Origin: Methanobacteriota archaeon
GTDB lineage: Archaea; Thermoplasmatota; E2; DHVEG-1
Length of the DNA stretch: 64,000 bases
Direction of reading: 5' to 3'
Assembly (NCBI GenBank): GCA_963769885.1
Contig: CAVYNH010000006.1
Span: 64,001 to 128,000 of the forward strand
The position numbers and the translations under genes were made by a program. Positions 30,906 through 41,138 of the stretch are shown here, piece after piece. Below the pieces are notes generated by a model. The model was not told where the DNA came from. It saw only the letters and a list, made by a program, of their open reading frames with translations, and did not search any database. Within the stretch, counting starts at the first letter, position 1. Each line of letters starts with the position of its first letter.

Positions 30906-32690
30906 TTAGAGCCAGTGGTAGAAGTCTTTGGTATCAATATTGGAGTTGTTGGCATTGTCAAAGACGAATACCGTCACGGTGTGTTTGTGCTCCAACAGCT
31001 CAAAAGTAGTGTACCTCCAGGTGTATGGCGGCTGGGTGTCGATGAAGACCGGGTTGAAAATGTCATCCTCCAAGTAGAAGCGGACCTCCCGGATGCCGGA
31101 CTGCTGGTCGGTGGTGTTGACCGTGATGTTGAAGCTGCCAATGATGACGGCCTTGAAAGGCATGAGGAACCGCCCGTAGATCCTGAGGTTGCCGATGTAG
31201 AGGCCGTTCGTGGGGGAGACGATCTTCACGGTCGGAGGAATCGTGTCGTTCTGCTGGAAGCCGCGCATGAGCGGGTAGCGGTCGACGCCCACGCCGCCGG
31301 GGATGACGTAGGGGGTGTCTCCGATGCCGTCGCCGTTCGCATCCACGCCGGTGTAATCGCTCCAGTGGTTGCCCCCGGAGGGGTAGCCGTTGTCCCAGAC
31401 GTTGAAGCCGTCGTCGAAGGCCTGGAGGCGGTTGCCGAGGAACTGGTTGTGGAACACGGTATTGTAGGAGGCGTCGTAGATCATGGTGCCGGCGAATCCG
31501 TTGTCCTGGATAGTGTTTTCTATGATTTTGTTCCCGGCGGTGCTGAGGATGTAGACGCCGTTCCAGGCGTTGGTGCGGACGGTGCAGCGAGAGAGGAGGC
31601 TTTGTGAGCCGTGGGACTTGAAGAAGACGCCTTGGTGGTTGTCCTGGACAAGGAGGTCCATCAGGGTAGCGTTGTGGTTCTCGACGCTGACGCCTGCATC
31701 ATTCTCGAGGGTCCCGCTGTTCTGGACCGTGAATCCTTGCAGGGTCGTGTACGTGGCGAGGATGCGTACGACGGTGCCGCCCTGCCTGCCGTCAAGGATG
31801 GTCGTGGTCTGGTTCTGGCCTACTAGGGAGATTTTTTTATTGACGAAGAGGTGCTCCCAGTAGGTGTCCGGGGCGACAGTGATGATGTCGTGGTCGATGG
31901 TGCACGCGTCATTGATGGCGGCCTTGATCGTGATGAACTCGGCGCCTGTGCGTTGGTTTATAATAGAGCCGTAGGGGTGGATGAGCGGGTAGCGGTCCTG
32001 GCCGATGGCCGGGATGTTGTAGGGGGTGTCGATGATGCCGTTTTCGTTCGCATCGGTTTTGTTGAGGTTCTCCCAGTAGTTGCCGGCGGCACCGTTATCC
32101 CACTGATTGCTCTGCGTCGCGAATGCGGGGTAGGAGTTACTGAAGAAGTTGTTGAAGAAAATTATGTTTGCGTTTTGGGTAGCGTAGATGCCGTAGAAGT
32201 TGTCGCGGATGATGTTCTTGGAAACGAGGCAGCCGGGAGCCGCAAGCGTGATGCCGGAGTCGTTGCCGAGGGAGCCGCTGTGTTGGATGGTGAAGTTGGT
32301 GAGGATGGAGTTGGATTGGGTGAACCTGACACAGGTGCCGCTGCCGCCGGCGTCAATGGAGGTGTCGCTGCGCCGTTCGCCGAAGACGGTGATGAAGGAT
32401 TTGTCGATGACGACGTGTTCAGGGTAGGTGCCGTGGAAGACGAAGACTGTGGTATGGGAGGCGGCGTGGTCGATGCCTTGTTGGATGAACTGATAGGGGT
32501 GCTCGAGGGTGCCCTCCCAGGGGCCGTGGGTGTTGTTGATGTCGACGTAGATAACGAGGTCGGTCCGTTGGGTCTGACCTTGGGTTCGAGTTGGGGCGGT
32601 GGATGAACTGGCGAGGGGTAGGATGAACAGGGATGCGGTGATGATGGCTGCGATGGTGATGCCTAGGCGGCTGGTTTTGATGATCCTCAT
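30906..32690 (-). CDS. Secreted NosD/right-handed beta-helix protein (two units) with C-terminal Ig-like domain
   Basis: Start MRIIK after GGAGG; signal peptide; IQQGID/IKAAIN..GTYxE; two GN[YH]W..D.NxxGI.DTPY motifs. Confidence 0.88.
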   Translation of the reverse strand: MRIIKTSRLGITIAAIITASLFILPLASSSTAPTRTQGQTQRTDLVIYVDINNTHGPWEGTLEHPYQFIQQGIDHAASHTTVFVFHGTYPEHVVIDKSFITVFGERRSDTSIDAGGSGTCVRFTQSNSILTNFTIQHSGSLGNDSGITLAAPGCLVSKNIIRDNFYGIYATQNANIIFFNNFFSNSYPAFATQSNQWDNGAAGNYWENLNKTDANENGIIDTPYNIPAIGQDRYPLIHPYGSIINQRTGAEFITIKAAINDACTIDHDIITVAPDTYWEHLFVNKKISLVGQNQTTTILDGRQGGTVVRILATYTTLQGFTVQNSGTLENDAGVSVENHNATLMDLLVQDNHQGVFFKSHGSQSLLSRCTVRTNAWNGVYILSTAGNKIIENTIQDNGFAGTMIYDASYNTVFHNQFLGNRLQAFDDGFNVWDNGYPSGGNHWSDYTGVDANGDGIGDTPYVIPGGVGVDRYPLMRGFQQNDTIPPTVKIVSPTNGLYIGNLRIYGRFLMPFKAVIIGSFNITVNTTDQQSGIREVRFYLEDDIFNPVFIDTQPPYTWRYTTFELLEHKHTVTVFVFDNANNSNIDTKDFYHWL

Positions 32691-33025
32691 TTCGTTTCCT
32701 CCCACATGGGAATATAAAGTCTGTAAGAGAGAGTACGGAATTCCATATTTATAATTTTCTGAAAAATATAATTTATGTCGTTTGGTATTGTTCCTTGGGG
32801 TGTTAAAGGAGGAATTTGCCGTTTTTGAAGATGAGGTTGCCGTCGGCGTAGACTTGGCCATTTTTGTGTAGGTCGGGGGGGACATCATTGAGACTTTGAA
32901 GTAGTATTGTGCAAATTTGTATTTGGGGAATGGAAAAAAACCTTCTAAATTCTTCTTAAATACCAAGAATGGTTCGAAAATTAGATAAGGAGCTTTTATC
33001 ATTCATTTTCTAGGGGAGGAATCCC

Positions 33026-34828
33026 GTGAAGAAACTGCTGGTAATTGGATTGATTTTGCTTTTTCTTTGTTCAAGTTTTCTCACCGCTACTCAGACGGCG
33101 AGTAAAAACATGCTGAGAGGCAATGGGGATATTCTTTATGTTGGGGGATCTGGGCCGGGTAATTACTCAACGATACAGACGGCTATTAATGCTGCATCAG
33201 AAGGCAGCCTCATTATTGTCTATGGGAAAACGTATCATGAGAATGTAGTTTTGAACAAATCCCACCTCACCTTAAGGGGAGTGCAGGGTGGGAAGAGCTT
33301 TCCCTTCGTGAGCGCCGGTTCGGGCAATTGGGCTTTCTTCTTTGAAAATGACTCATGCGCGATTGAGAATTTCACGGCGATGAATGGACGCACAGCGGCG
33401 ATCTATATTGTTTCCAATCATAACACCATTATAAATTGTAATACAATCGATTACTGGCTAGGAGTCCTAATTAGTGGTGGTGATTTCAATAACGTTAGTT
33501 ACTGTAGCATGAGCGGGAATGGTTTAAGGGGAATCGAATTACGATCCTCAAACAACAATACGTTTATTGGGAATCATATTAGTGAGCAAGGGCAATACGC
33601 GATTCTAATCGGCGGTTCGGCACATAATTGGATACGACAGAACATCTGTGAACAGTGTCCTATTCAGATAGAGAATTCGCCGATGAACTTGGTGGAAGAG
33701 AACACTATCGTGAACGACTCAAAAGGACTCGTACTTACTAATTCCAATTTCTCAAAGGTTCTTTGCAACAATTTTGTTAACAATGGACTCTCTGTGAATG
33801 GACCTCTGGATGAACTTTTGTCTTATACGGTCGAAGGGAATCTCAACAATGGAAAGCCGATGATGTATTACAAGAATCTTAACGGAGTCATTGTCCCCAA
33901 GGATGTCGGCGAAATCATTCTTGTGAACTGTTCTCATTTCCTAATTGAAAACAGCAGCAATTGCGAACACCGACTCTTGATTTTTTATTCATCAAATATT
34001 ACGATTACGCGAAACTCTTGTCTTGAGTACATCCAATTGGTCCACTCACAAAATAATATTATTTCAAACAATAGACTTGTGGACGTATGGGGCGGGATCG
34101 CATTAGATCATTCAAACAGGAATGTTATTGCCAATAACACTGTCAAAAATAAAGGCTCCTCTGCTGGAATCAAAATTTCTAGTTCGAACGACGACATTAT
34201 TGAAAACAATTTAATTTCCAGTTGTGAATTTGGCGTAGATATCTCTGGTACAAGAATGAGCATCTGTAATAACTCAATCAAAAACATATCAGCTTGGGCG
34301 ATATCAATCAGCATCGATGATTCGAAAGTCTGCAATAATATTCTTTATAATGGAGAAGAAGGAATCACTATCACTGGTTCCAATAATATTTTAAATGGCA
34401 ACTATATCGAATCATGTCATGTTGGAATCGACTCCGGTTCCAGTTCTTCGACAATATCCAATAACACCATCACAAAAAATAGGATAGGAATTGCGCTGTT
34501 TTATTCAACCGACAAAGTCATATTAAATCAAATTCAATGGAATGTCATTGGTATTTTCGCCTTTTCCTCTGAAGCGTTTATTGAAAAAAACAACATAGTA
34601 AAGAACCTGATTGACTCAAGTTTTTCTTGTTTTCAACTACGAGGAATAGTATTTTTAAAATGGAAGAATAATTATTGGGGGTTTTTCCATTTGTTTAGAA
34701 AGCACATTCTAGGCTCTATTGTAATTTTATTTCCTATAGGTTATTATAGCGGGTTTTCGATTTTCCTGCCTTGGCTAAAATCTGATCGAAGACCTGCTCA
34801 TACTCCCTATAATATTACGCCCAATTAG
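33026..34828 (+). CDS. Secreted NosD/right-handed beta-helix protein (low GC)
   Basis: Signal peptide; LYVGGSGPGNYSTIQTAIN; many Asn-ladder repeats; NNYW...D..PA..PYNI end. Confidence 0.88.
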   Translation: MKKLLVIGLILLFLCSSFLTATQTASKNMLRGNGDILYVGGSGPGNYSTIQTAINAASEGSLIIVYGKTYHENVVLNKSHLTLRGVQGGKSFPFVSAGSGNWAFFFENDSCAIENFTAMNGRTAAIYIVSNHNTIINCNTIDYWLGVLISGGDFNNVSYCSMSGNGLRGIELRSSNNNTFIGNHISEQGQYAILIGGSAHNWIRQNICEQCPIQIENSPMNLVEENTIVNDSKGLVLTNSNFSKVLCNNFVNNGLSVNGPLDELLSYTVEGNLNNGKPMMYYKNLNGVIVPKDVGEIILVNCSHFLIENSSNCEHRLLIFYSSNITITRNSCLEYIQLVHSQNNIISNNRLVDVWGGIALDHSNRNVIANNTVKNKGSSAGIKISSSNDDIIENNLISSCEFGVDISGTRMSICNNSIKNISAWAISISIDDSKVCNNILYNGEEGITITGSNNILNGNYIESCHVGIDSGSSSSTISNNTITKNRIGIALFYSTDKVILNQIQWNVIGIFAFSSEAFIEKNNIVKNLIDSSFSCFQLRGIVFLKWKNNYWGFFHLFRKHILGSIVILFPIGYYSGFSIFLPWLKSDRRPAHTPYNITPN

Positions 34829-34858
34829 AAAAATTCTGTTTTAATTTTTCCTGGGAAC

Positions 34859-35962
34859 CTAAAAAAGAAATTTACCGTTCTCAAAGATGAGTTCCTCATC
34901 GGCATACACCTGCCCGTTTTTGCGCAGGTCGCAGACCATGTCCCAGTGGAGTCCGGATTTGTTAGTGCTGCCGGTCTCGGGGTAGCCGTTGCCGAGGGCG
35001 AGGTGCATGGTGCCGCCGATCTTTTCGTCGAAGAGGGTGTTCTTCGTATATTGTGCGATGCCGTCGTTGGTGCCGAAGGCGAACTCGCCGAGGCGCTGGG
35101 CGCCGGGGTCCATCGCAATCATCGTTGTAAGAAACTCCTCCCCTTGCGACGCCTCTGCCTTCACGACCTTTCCTTTTGAGAAGGTGAGGGCAACGTCGTG
35201 GACCTCGCGACCGCCGTGGGAGATGGGGAACGAGTAGCGGATGTGGCCGTCCGCGGAGGTTTCGACCGGCCCGGTGAAGATCTCGCCGTCCGGGAAGTTT
35301 TCGCGGCCGTAGCAGCTGATCCATTTCCTGCCGGCGGTGGAGAGGGTGAGGTCCGTGTCTTTGGCGAGGATGTGGAAGGCTTTCTTCTTGTCCAGCATCG
35401 TCTTTATCTTTTCTTGTTTGCGTTGCATCGCGCGCCAGTAGCGCAACGGGTTCTTTGTGGTGACGTGGGCGGCGGTGTAGACGAAGTCTTCGTAGTCGGC
35501 GAGGCTCATTTCTGCGTCCTGGGCGGCGGCGTTGGTGGGGTAGAGGGTGAGGCACCAGCGGAGTTGGTGGCGGGCGGCGCGGGTGAGGAAGATCTGGGAG
35601 AGTTTTTGGTGGGAGTGGCTGACGGTGGCCATTTTTTTGGGGTCGACGTGGGTGAGGGCTTTGGTGTTTTCTTCGCTGATGATGGTGAGTTGGGCGGTGA
35701 TGGTTTTGATTTCGTGGAGGGCGAGGGGGCTGATGTAGCGGAGTTGGGATGGGGCGGCGTGTTTGTAGAAGAGTTCGGTGAGGCCTTCGAGGCCGATGCG
35801 GACGTGGGTGTGGGCGCCGGTTTGGATGGCTTCGTTGTAGACGGCTTTGACGAGGGGGGCGGCGGAAGGTCCGCTGTTGAGGATGAAGAGGTCGCCTTTG
35901 CGCAGTTGGAGGGAGTGGTGGACGAGGACGTGGGCGAGGCTGTCGATGCGGGGGTCGGTCAT
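34859..35962 (-). CDS. Aminopeptidase, M29 family (AmpS/PepS-like)
   Basis: NFPDGEIFTGP, LGEFAFG, LFDEKIGGTMHLALG, SGLHWDMV. Confidence 0.93.
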   Translation of the reverse strand: MTDPRIDSLAHVLVHHSLQLRKGDLFILNSGPSAAPLVKAVYNEAIQTGAHTHVRIGLEGLTELFYKHAAPSQLRYISPLALHEIKTITAQLTIISEENTKALTHVDPKKMATVSHSHQKLSQIFLTRAARHQLRWCLTLYPTNAAAQDAEMSLADYEDFVYTAAHVTTKNPLRYWRAMQRKQEKIKTMLDKKKAFHILAKDTDLTLSTAGRKWISCYGRENFPDGEIFTGPVETSADGHIRYSFPISHGGREVHDVALTFSKGKVVKAEASQGEEFLTTMIAMDPGAQRLGEFAFGTNDGIAQYTKNTLFDEKIGGTMHLALGNGYPETGSTNKSGLHWDMVCDLRKNGQVYADEELIFENGKFLF

Positions 35963-36010
35963 ATGCTTGGGAAACTCTTGGGGGATTAAAAGACTGTGTC
36001 CAGCATTTCG

Positions 36011-37264
36011 TTAGATGTTTTCCCAGTCGCGCAGGACGGAGGCCCAGCGGTATTTCTGGACCTCGGGGATCTCCTCGATTTTTCTGATGATGCGTTCGTA
36101 GCCTTTGAGGAGCGTGCGGGTGGAGACTTTGACGATGATGTCGTATTTGCCGGCGGTGACGGTGACGTGGGTGATGCCTTTGATGTTCCAGAGTTTGTCC
36201 ATGACGGCCTTGTGTGGTTTGCCGGGTTTGACGGTGATGAAGATGTAGGCTTTGACGACGGTGAAGGCGAAGCTGACGATGCCGAAGATGATGAGGGTGA
36301 TGCCGATGATCTTGATGATGAGCATGACGGGGTCGGTGCTGAATTGGCTGATGACGCCGAGTTGCAGGAGGATGATTGAGAAGGGGATGGCGAAGATGAT
36401 GGTGGATGCCCGTATGGCATTGTTGACGCTGGTTTTGCCTAATCCCAGGGAGCGGATGTAGAGGACGTAGGCGAAGAACGTGGTGCTCATGGTTGCCGCG
36501 AGCAGCAGGAACAGGTACGGGGAGAGGACGGCTTTAAACCCGCTGACGAGATGGCCGCCGCCAGTGATCATGTCGAAGCCGAGGAGGATCGCGGCGGTGA
36601 ACAGCAGGGAGAAGAACACGTTCCAGAGGCGGATGTTGATGGCGTCGTTAGGTTTGTTTCGGATGCGCATGAGTTTCAGGCGACGTTGGTAGATGGAGAA
36701 GATCGCCCATGTCGGGTTAATGACGATGAAGACGATGGCCATGGAGAGGGGGTTGATTTCCCCGTTCAGGCTTAAGGAGGCGAGGATCGCGCCGAAGGTG
36801 ACGATGACCGAGGATTGTACTTCCACCAGGGTCGGGACGTCTTTTTCGGTGATGGACTCCATGAGGAGGAGGTATAGGATGACGACCTGGGAGAAGGAGA
36901 GGATGACTGAGGGGTCCTTGACGGTGGAGACGATGGCGCAGTAGCCGACCGTGTTGATGGCGTTCATGAGGCCGGCGACGAGATGATTCTTTACCTCGCC
37001 TCGTTGAATGAGGCGGATGCGATGGAACGACGGGTCGAGAACCTTTGCCCCGACAGACTTGCCGTTGAGATGGAGGGAGAAAAACAGGGTGATAAGGAGC
37101 GTGACGATGGCGCCGACGAAAAAGATAGCGAAGGCGAACGCCCAGGGATCGGTTTCGAACGCGGGTTGGCTGCCGACGAAGCTGTCTAACCCTGTGACGG
37201 CCGCGGCGATGAACGCGGACGAGATCGCAAGGACATAGAACAGGTGTTTCTTAGGGATGTTCAT
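36011..37264 (-). CDS. DMT/EamA-like 10-TM transporter fused to a C-terminal Lrp/AsnC ligand-binding (RAM) domain
   Basis: Two five-TM repeats, then VKAYIFITVKPG...TAGKYDIIVKV. Confidence 0.75.
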   Translation of the reverse strand: MNIPKKHLFYVLAISSAFIAAAVTGLDSFVGSQPAFETDPWAFAFAIFFVGAIVTLLITLFFSLHLNGKSVGAKVLDPSFHRIRLIQRGEVKNHLVAGLMNAINTVGYCAIVSTVKDPSVILSFSQVVILYLLLMESITEKDVPTLVEVQSSVIVTFGAILASLSLNGEINPLSMAIVFIVINPTWAIFSIYQRRLKLMRIRNKPNDAINIRLWNVFFSLLFTAAILLGFDMITGGGHLVSGFKAVLSPYLFLLLAATMSTTFFAYVLYIRSLGLGKTSVNNAIRASTIIFAIPFSIILLQLGVISQFSTDPVMLIIKIIGITLIIFGIVSFAFTVVKAYIFITVKPGKPHKAVMDKLWNIKGITHVTVTAGKYDIIVKVSTRTLLKGYERIIRKIEEIPEVQKYRWASVLRDWENI

Positions 37265-37296
37265 GGCCGGTCAGATCCCAAGAGGCAAATGGGGGT

Positions 37297-37539
37297 TTAT
37301 TGGACGGAGATTTCTTTTTCGATGATCTGGGTTGTGGTCTTGCTGACGCCCTCGACGACCTGGAGCTTGTCGGTGACCTCCAGGAGCTCCTCGAGGTTCT
37401 TGACCTGCGCGCGGACCACGATGTCGTACTCACCGGCGATAATCGAGATCTTGACGATGTTAGTGATGCTACGCATCTCCTTGATGGCCTTGTCGGTCTT
37501 GCCTGGCTGCATTGTAATCAGGATATAAGCACTGATCAT
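37297..37539 (-). CDS. Stand-alone Lrp/AsnC ligand-binding (RAM) domain protein
   Basis: AYILI...G.YDIVV...GVSKTTT; no HTH. Confidence 0.88.
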   Translation of the reverse strand: MISAYILITMQPGKTDKAIKEMRSITNIVKISIIAGEYDIVVRAQVKNLEELLEVTDKLQVVEGVSKTTTQIIEKEISVQ

Positions 37540-37785
37540 GGTCGCTCACCCATCTTTCAGGGGCGAATAGGAAGGCGTGCTATAAATTTATCTATCTGGA
37601 TTATTTTCTAGGTGAGACATTCGACTTTAGCCTCAAATGACAAAATCAGGTAGAGACACCAGAATGGGCTTAAGAATCTTTTAGAATTCAGTGTGCAATT
37701 GTCATTTCAAAATATTGTAGAGATCAGCTAACAATCTCAAGAGGAATTCAATAAAAGAAGAAATTTTGAACTAGATTCAATGGTA

Positions 37786-39279
37786 TTAAAAACAGTGCAA
37801 GTACCATAGGGGAATTGTCTCAGTCCAACTATTTTGTCCACGGTAATATCCGACTACGGTAAGGGTCAGTTGCTCCAATGCTTTATCTTCGAACTTCTGT
37901 TTCATAGTCCATTCATATGGGGGTGCTGTATCGACAGCGTAGATTTTTCCTCCTATCATGAATGTGACATTGAGGAGCTTGTCTTCTTGATAGACATTAA
38001 CCTTCACTTTCGTTCTCCCAATAACCACGGTTTGATTCAAGAGAGTCGGACAGAGAGCGACTCCGAAGACTGTAAGTCTCCCAATTTTTGGGGTAAGAAC
38101 CTCTATCTTCTTAGGTTCTCCTGAGCCGATGGCATTGAGATACCCCTTATCCTCGCTACCCATCGATCCGACATAGACCGTCCCATCTTCCCCTATGGCC
38201 GGTGCGGACTGGCATGCTCCAATGCGGATTTGCCACAGCAACGTCCCGTTCGGATGTAAGGCAATAAAGTCGCCGCCGGAGGTACCAAAAAAGATTGTGC
38301 CGTCTGAAGAAGTACATGGCGTCCCACCTTCAATGTACCCTGCAGGATAGGCCCATTTAACCGAGCCGTTGAGCGGGTTCACGGCATATAGTGCGTTCCA
38401 TCCGGCATAGATGGTACCGTCTCGTCCTATCGTTGGTGACGTCCCTGCGTTAACATTTGTGTTCCATTTCATCGTCCCATTGCTGGGAAAGAGCGCATAC
38501 AGGTATCCATCTGTGGAAACAAAGAAGATGGTACCATCATCGCCGATGCAGGGGCTTACTCCGATTCCGTAGCCTGTTTTGAATTGCCAGTTGAGGGTCC
38601 CATTTGGGTTAAGGGCGTAGAAGTAGGTGTTCCAGCATCCGAAATAAATTGTTCCATCATCGCCAATTGCAGGGGCTGAATATACATCGTCGGTTGTCGA
38701 GTATTTCCAGCGTAAAGTGCCATTCGGATTCAGAGCGATGAGGCCATCGCCAACTCCGAAATAAATGGTTCCATCGATTCCTATTGTCACTGAAGATTTA
38801 TAAGTATCCATTTCAAGTGGATATGTCCATTTCGTAGTTCCATCCGGTTTTACTGCGTAAAGATAGGATGGATATGCGAAGGATGTGCTAAAATACAGTG
38901 TTCCATCGGAGCCAATGGCAGGGGTGTTTTCTCCATGTCCGTTTGTCAAATATTTCCATTTTAATGTTCCATTTGGATATATTGCAAATAAATTCGCAGC
39001 ATTGAGATAAAGAGTGCCGTCTGAATCAATCGCAGTCGAACCATAACATCCTGTAAATTCAGTTGGAAATGACCATTCTAGAATTCCGGGATTGGTACTT
39101 GCGTTGAATTGACTTCTACTAGTATGATGGACGTCATGGCAGAACATTGGCCAGATATTTTCAGAGGAAAAAACTTCGGAATTATATTGTTTTATACTGA
39201 TGCCTTGAACTCCAGAAATACTAACTAAAAATAGAGTTAAAAAAGTAAGAGCAACGAGATAGATTTTCAAATCATCCAC
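37786..39279 (-). CDS. Secreted PQQ-like beta-propeller protein with C-terminal Ig-like domain
   Basis: Signal peptide; WPMFCHD; PAIG.DGTIY repeats. Confidence 0.88.
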   Translation of the reverse strand: MDDLKIYLVALTFLTLFLVSISGVQGISIKQYNSEVFSSENIWPMFCHDVHHTSRSQFNASTNPGILEWSFPTEFTGCYGSTAIDSDGTLYLNAANLFAIYPNGTLKWKYLTNGHGENTPAIGSDGTLYFSTSFAYPSYLYAVKPDGTTKWTYPLEMDTYKSSVTIGIDGTIYFGVGDGLIALNPNGTLRWKYSTTDDVYSAPAIGDDGTIYFGCWNTYFYALNPNGTLNWQFKTGYGIGVSPCIGDDGTIFFVSTDGYLYALFPSNGTMKWNTNVNAGTSPTIGRDGTIYAGWNALYAVNPLNGSVKWAYPAGYIEGGTPCTSSDGTIFFGTSGGDFIALHPNGTLLWQIRIGACQSAPAIGEDGTVYVGSMGSEDKGYLNAIGSGEPKKIEVLTPKIGRLTVFGVALCPTLLNQTVVIGRTKVKVNVYQEDKLLNVTFMIGGKIYAVDTAPPYEWTMKQKFEDKALEQLTLTVVGYYRGQNSWTETIPLWYLHCF

Positions 39280-39408
39280 CGCGGATAAAAAATGATATTA
39301 ATAGTATAAATATTTTTTCGGTTTCATTTATGTAAACTTCGACTCGAGACTGTGAACTTGGAAGCTTTATAACATCGGACTCGATTGAATCTCCAGCGTT
39401 CGGTTCTT

Positions 39409-41103
39409 ATGACGCGGGTCGCGATTCTCGACGGGTACGTGGACGAGCCCACCTGCCTAGGCGTACCGCCGTATATCAGCCCGTATCCGCGGTATGTCGC
39501 TGGGGCGGCCTGGGAGAGCGAACCGAAGGCCGACGTCCGGTACCTCACCATCGACCAACTTCGGAGCAATCCGGCGCTGAGTAAGACGCTGGAGAATGCT
39601 GACCTCATCATCGTCATCGCCGGCATGGTCGTCCCCGGCCGGTACTTGTCAGGGCATCCCGCCAATCCTCAGGAACTCGCCATGGTTCTGCAAGGGGTCG
39701 AGGCGACGACGCTGCTGTGCGGCCCGGCCGCGCGCTACGGCTTCGGCGTCTCCGGCGGCCGACGAACAAGAACCGCTAATCAGTCCTATGACCTCGTTGT
39801 GCCCGGTGACGCGGAGTTCGCCGTCTACGATCTGCTGCAAGGTCGGACATTAGGAGATATTAATCCGTTGCGGTGCCGGTCGAGCCCTGATGAGATCCGA
39901 AAGTTCGCAGTCCTCGGAGCAAAGATCGTCTGTCAGCATCCGTTCTTCCCCCAGTATTGCATCACAGAGATGGAGACCTATCGGGGTTGTCCACGCAGCA
40001 TCTCTGGCGGCTGCTCGTTTTGCAGCGAGCCGAAGAAAGGCAAGCCGCAGTTCCGCCGGCCTCAGGACATCCATGCAGAAATTAAAGCATTGTATGAGGC
40101 TGGAATCCGGCATTTCCGTCTGGGGAACCAACCATGCATCTTCTCCTACATGGCGAAGACGGCAGGGACCGAGGAGTTCCCGCGTCCGAACCCCCAGGCG
40201 TTAGAAACGCTTTTCTCCGGAATAAGGAAGGTTGCGCCCGATCTCAAAACGCTGCATATCGATAATGCGAACCCGGGCGTCCTCGCTCGGTACCCGGAGG
40301 AATGTCGTCGAATTGCTCAGACCATTATCAAATATCATACTTCTGGAGACATCGCGGCGCTTGGTGTTGAGAGTGTGGACCCAGTAGTTATTGAACAGAA
40401 TAATCTGAAGGCCACCGCTGAGGAAGCGACTGAAGCGATACGACTGCTCAACGACGTTGGTAGTCGGCGGGGGGAATCAGGGCTGCCAGAGCTGCTGCCT
40501 GGCTTGAATTTCGTGTTCGGCTTAAAAGGTGAGACGAAGCGCACATTCACCCAGGACTATGCATTCCTGAAGGGATTATACGAGCAAAGGTTGTTGCTGC
40601 GTCGAATCAATCTGCGTCAGGTGATGCCATTGCCGGGGACGCCGATGGAGGCGGTGGGCGAGTCAATCGTGCGGCGGCATCACGGCGTGTTCCTGCAGTT
40701 CAAACGTCAGGTACGGGTATCGGTGGAGCGGCCGATGCTTGAACGCCTCGTGCCGATGGGTACGGTGCTGCGTGAGGTTTACTCTGAGTTGCATGAGGGA
40801 AAGGTAACGTTCGGCCGGCAGTTAGGCACCTATCCGCTGCTCATCGGCATCCCAGGAGTGTTCCCGCTGCACGCATTCACCAATGTGAAGATCATTGACT
40901 ACGGGTATCGATCGGTGACGGGGGTGCCGTACCCGTTGGATGTGAACGTGGCGCCGCGGGAGACGCTGGAGGCGATCCCTGGGATCGGGCGGCGGCGGGC
41001 GCAGCGGCTGCTGTTGGGCCGACCGTTCTCGTCGGTGGACGATATGGTGGCGGCGTTGGATGATCCCGGGGTTGCTCGCATGCTGCGTGCATACCTTGTC
41101 TGA
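39409..41103 (+). CDS. Radical SAM protein with C-terminal helix-hairpin-helix (COG1031-like)
   Basis: ILDGYVDEPTCLGVPPYISPYPRY; ETYRGC-x7-CSFC; LEAIPGIG HhH. Confidence 0.85.
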   Translation: MTRVAILDGYVDEPTCLGVPPYISPYPRYVAGAAWESEPKADVRYLTIDQLRSNPALSKTLENADLIIVIAGMVVPGRYLSGHPANPQELAMVLQGVEATTLLCGPAARYGFGVSGGRRTRTANQSYDLVVPGDAEFAVYDLLQGRTLGDINPLRCRSSPDEIRKFAVLGAKIVCQHPFFPQYCITEMETYRGCPRSISGGCSFCSEPKKGKPQFRRPQDIHAEIKALYEAGIRHFRLGNQPCIFSYMAKTAGTEEFPRPNPQALETLFSGIRKVAPDLKTLHIDNANPGVLARYPEECRRIAQTIIKYHTSGDIAALGVESVDPVVIEQNNLKATAEEATEAIRLLNDVGSRRGESGLPELLPGLNFVFGLKGETKRTFTQDYAFLKGLYEQRLLLRRINLRQVMPLPGTPMEAVGESIVRRHHGVFLQFKRQVRVSVERPMLERLVPMGTVLREVYSELHEGKVTFGRQLGTYPLLIGIPGVFPLHAFTNVKIIDYGYRSVTGVPYPLDVNVAPRETLEAIPGIGRRRAQRLLLGRPFSSVDDMVAALDDPGVARMLRAYLV

Positions 41104-41138
41104 GGTAGGTTTTTGTACCTGGTTGGCATTCGGGGATT

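Noticed and set aside
32691-33002. 104-aa extension of the NosD-like ORF
   Set aside because: Runs through an AT-rich divergent promoter; GGAGG and a signal peptide mark 32690 as the start.
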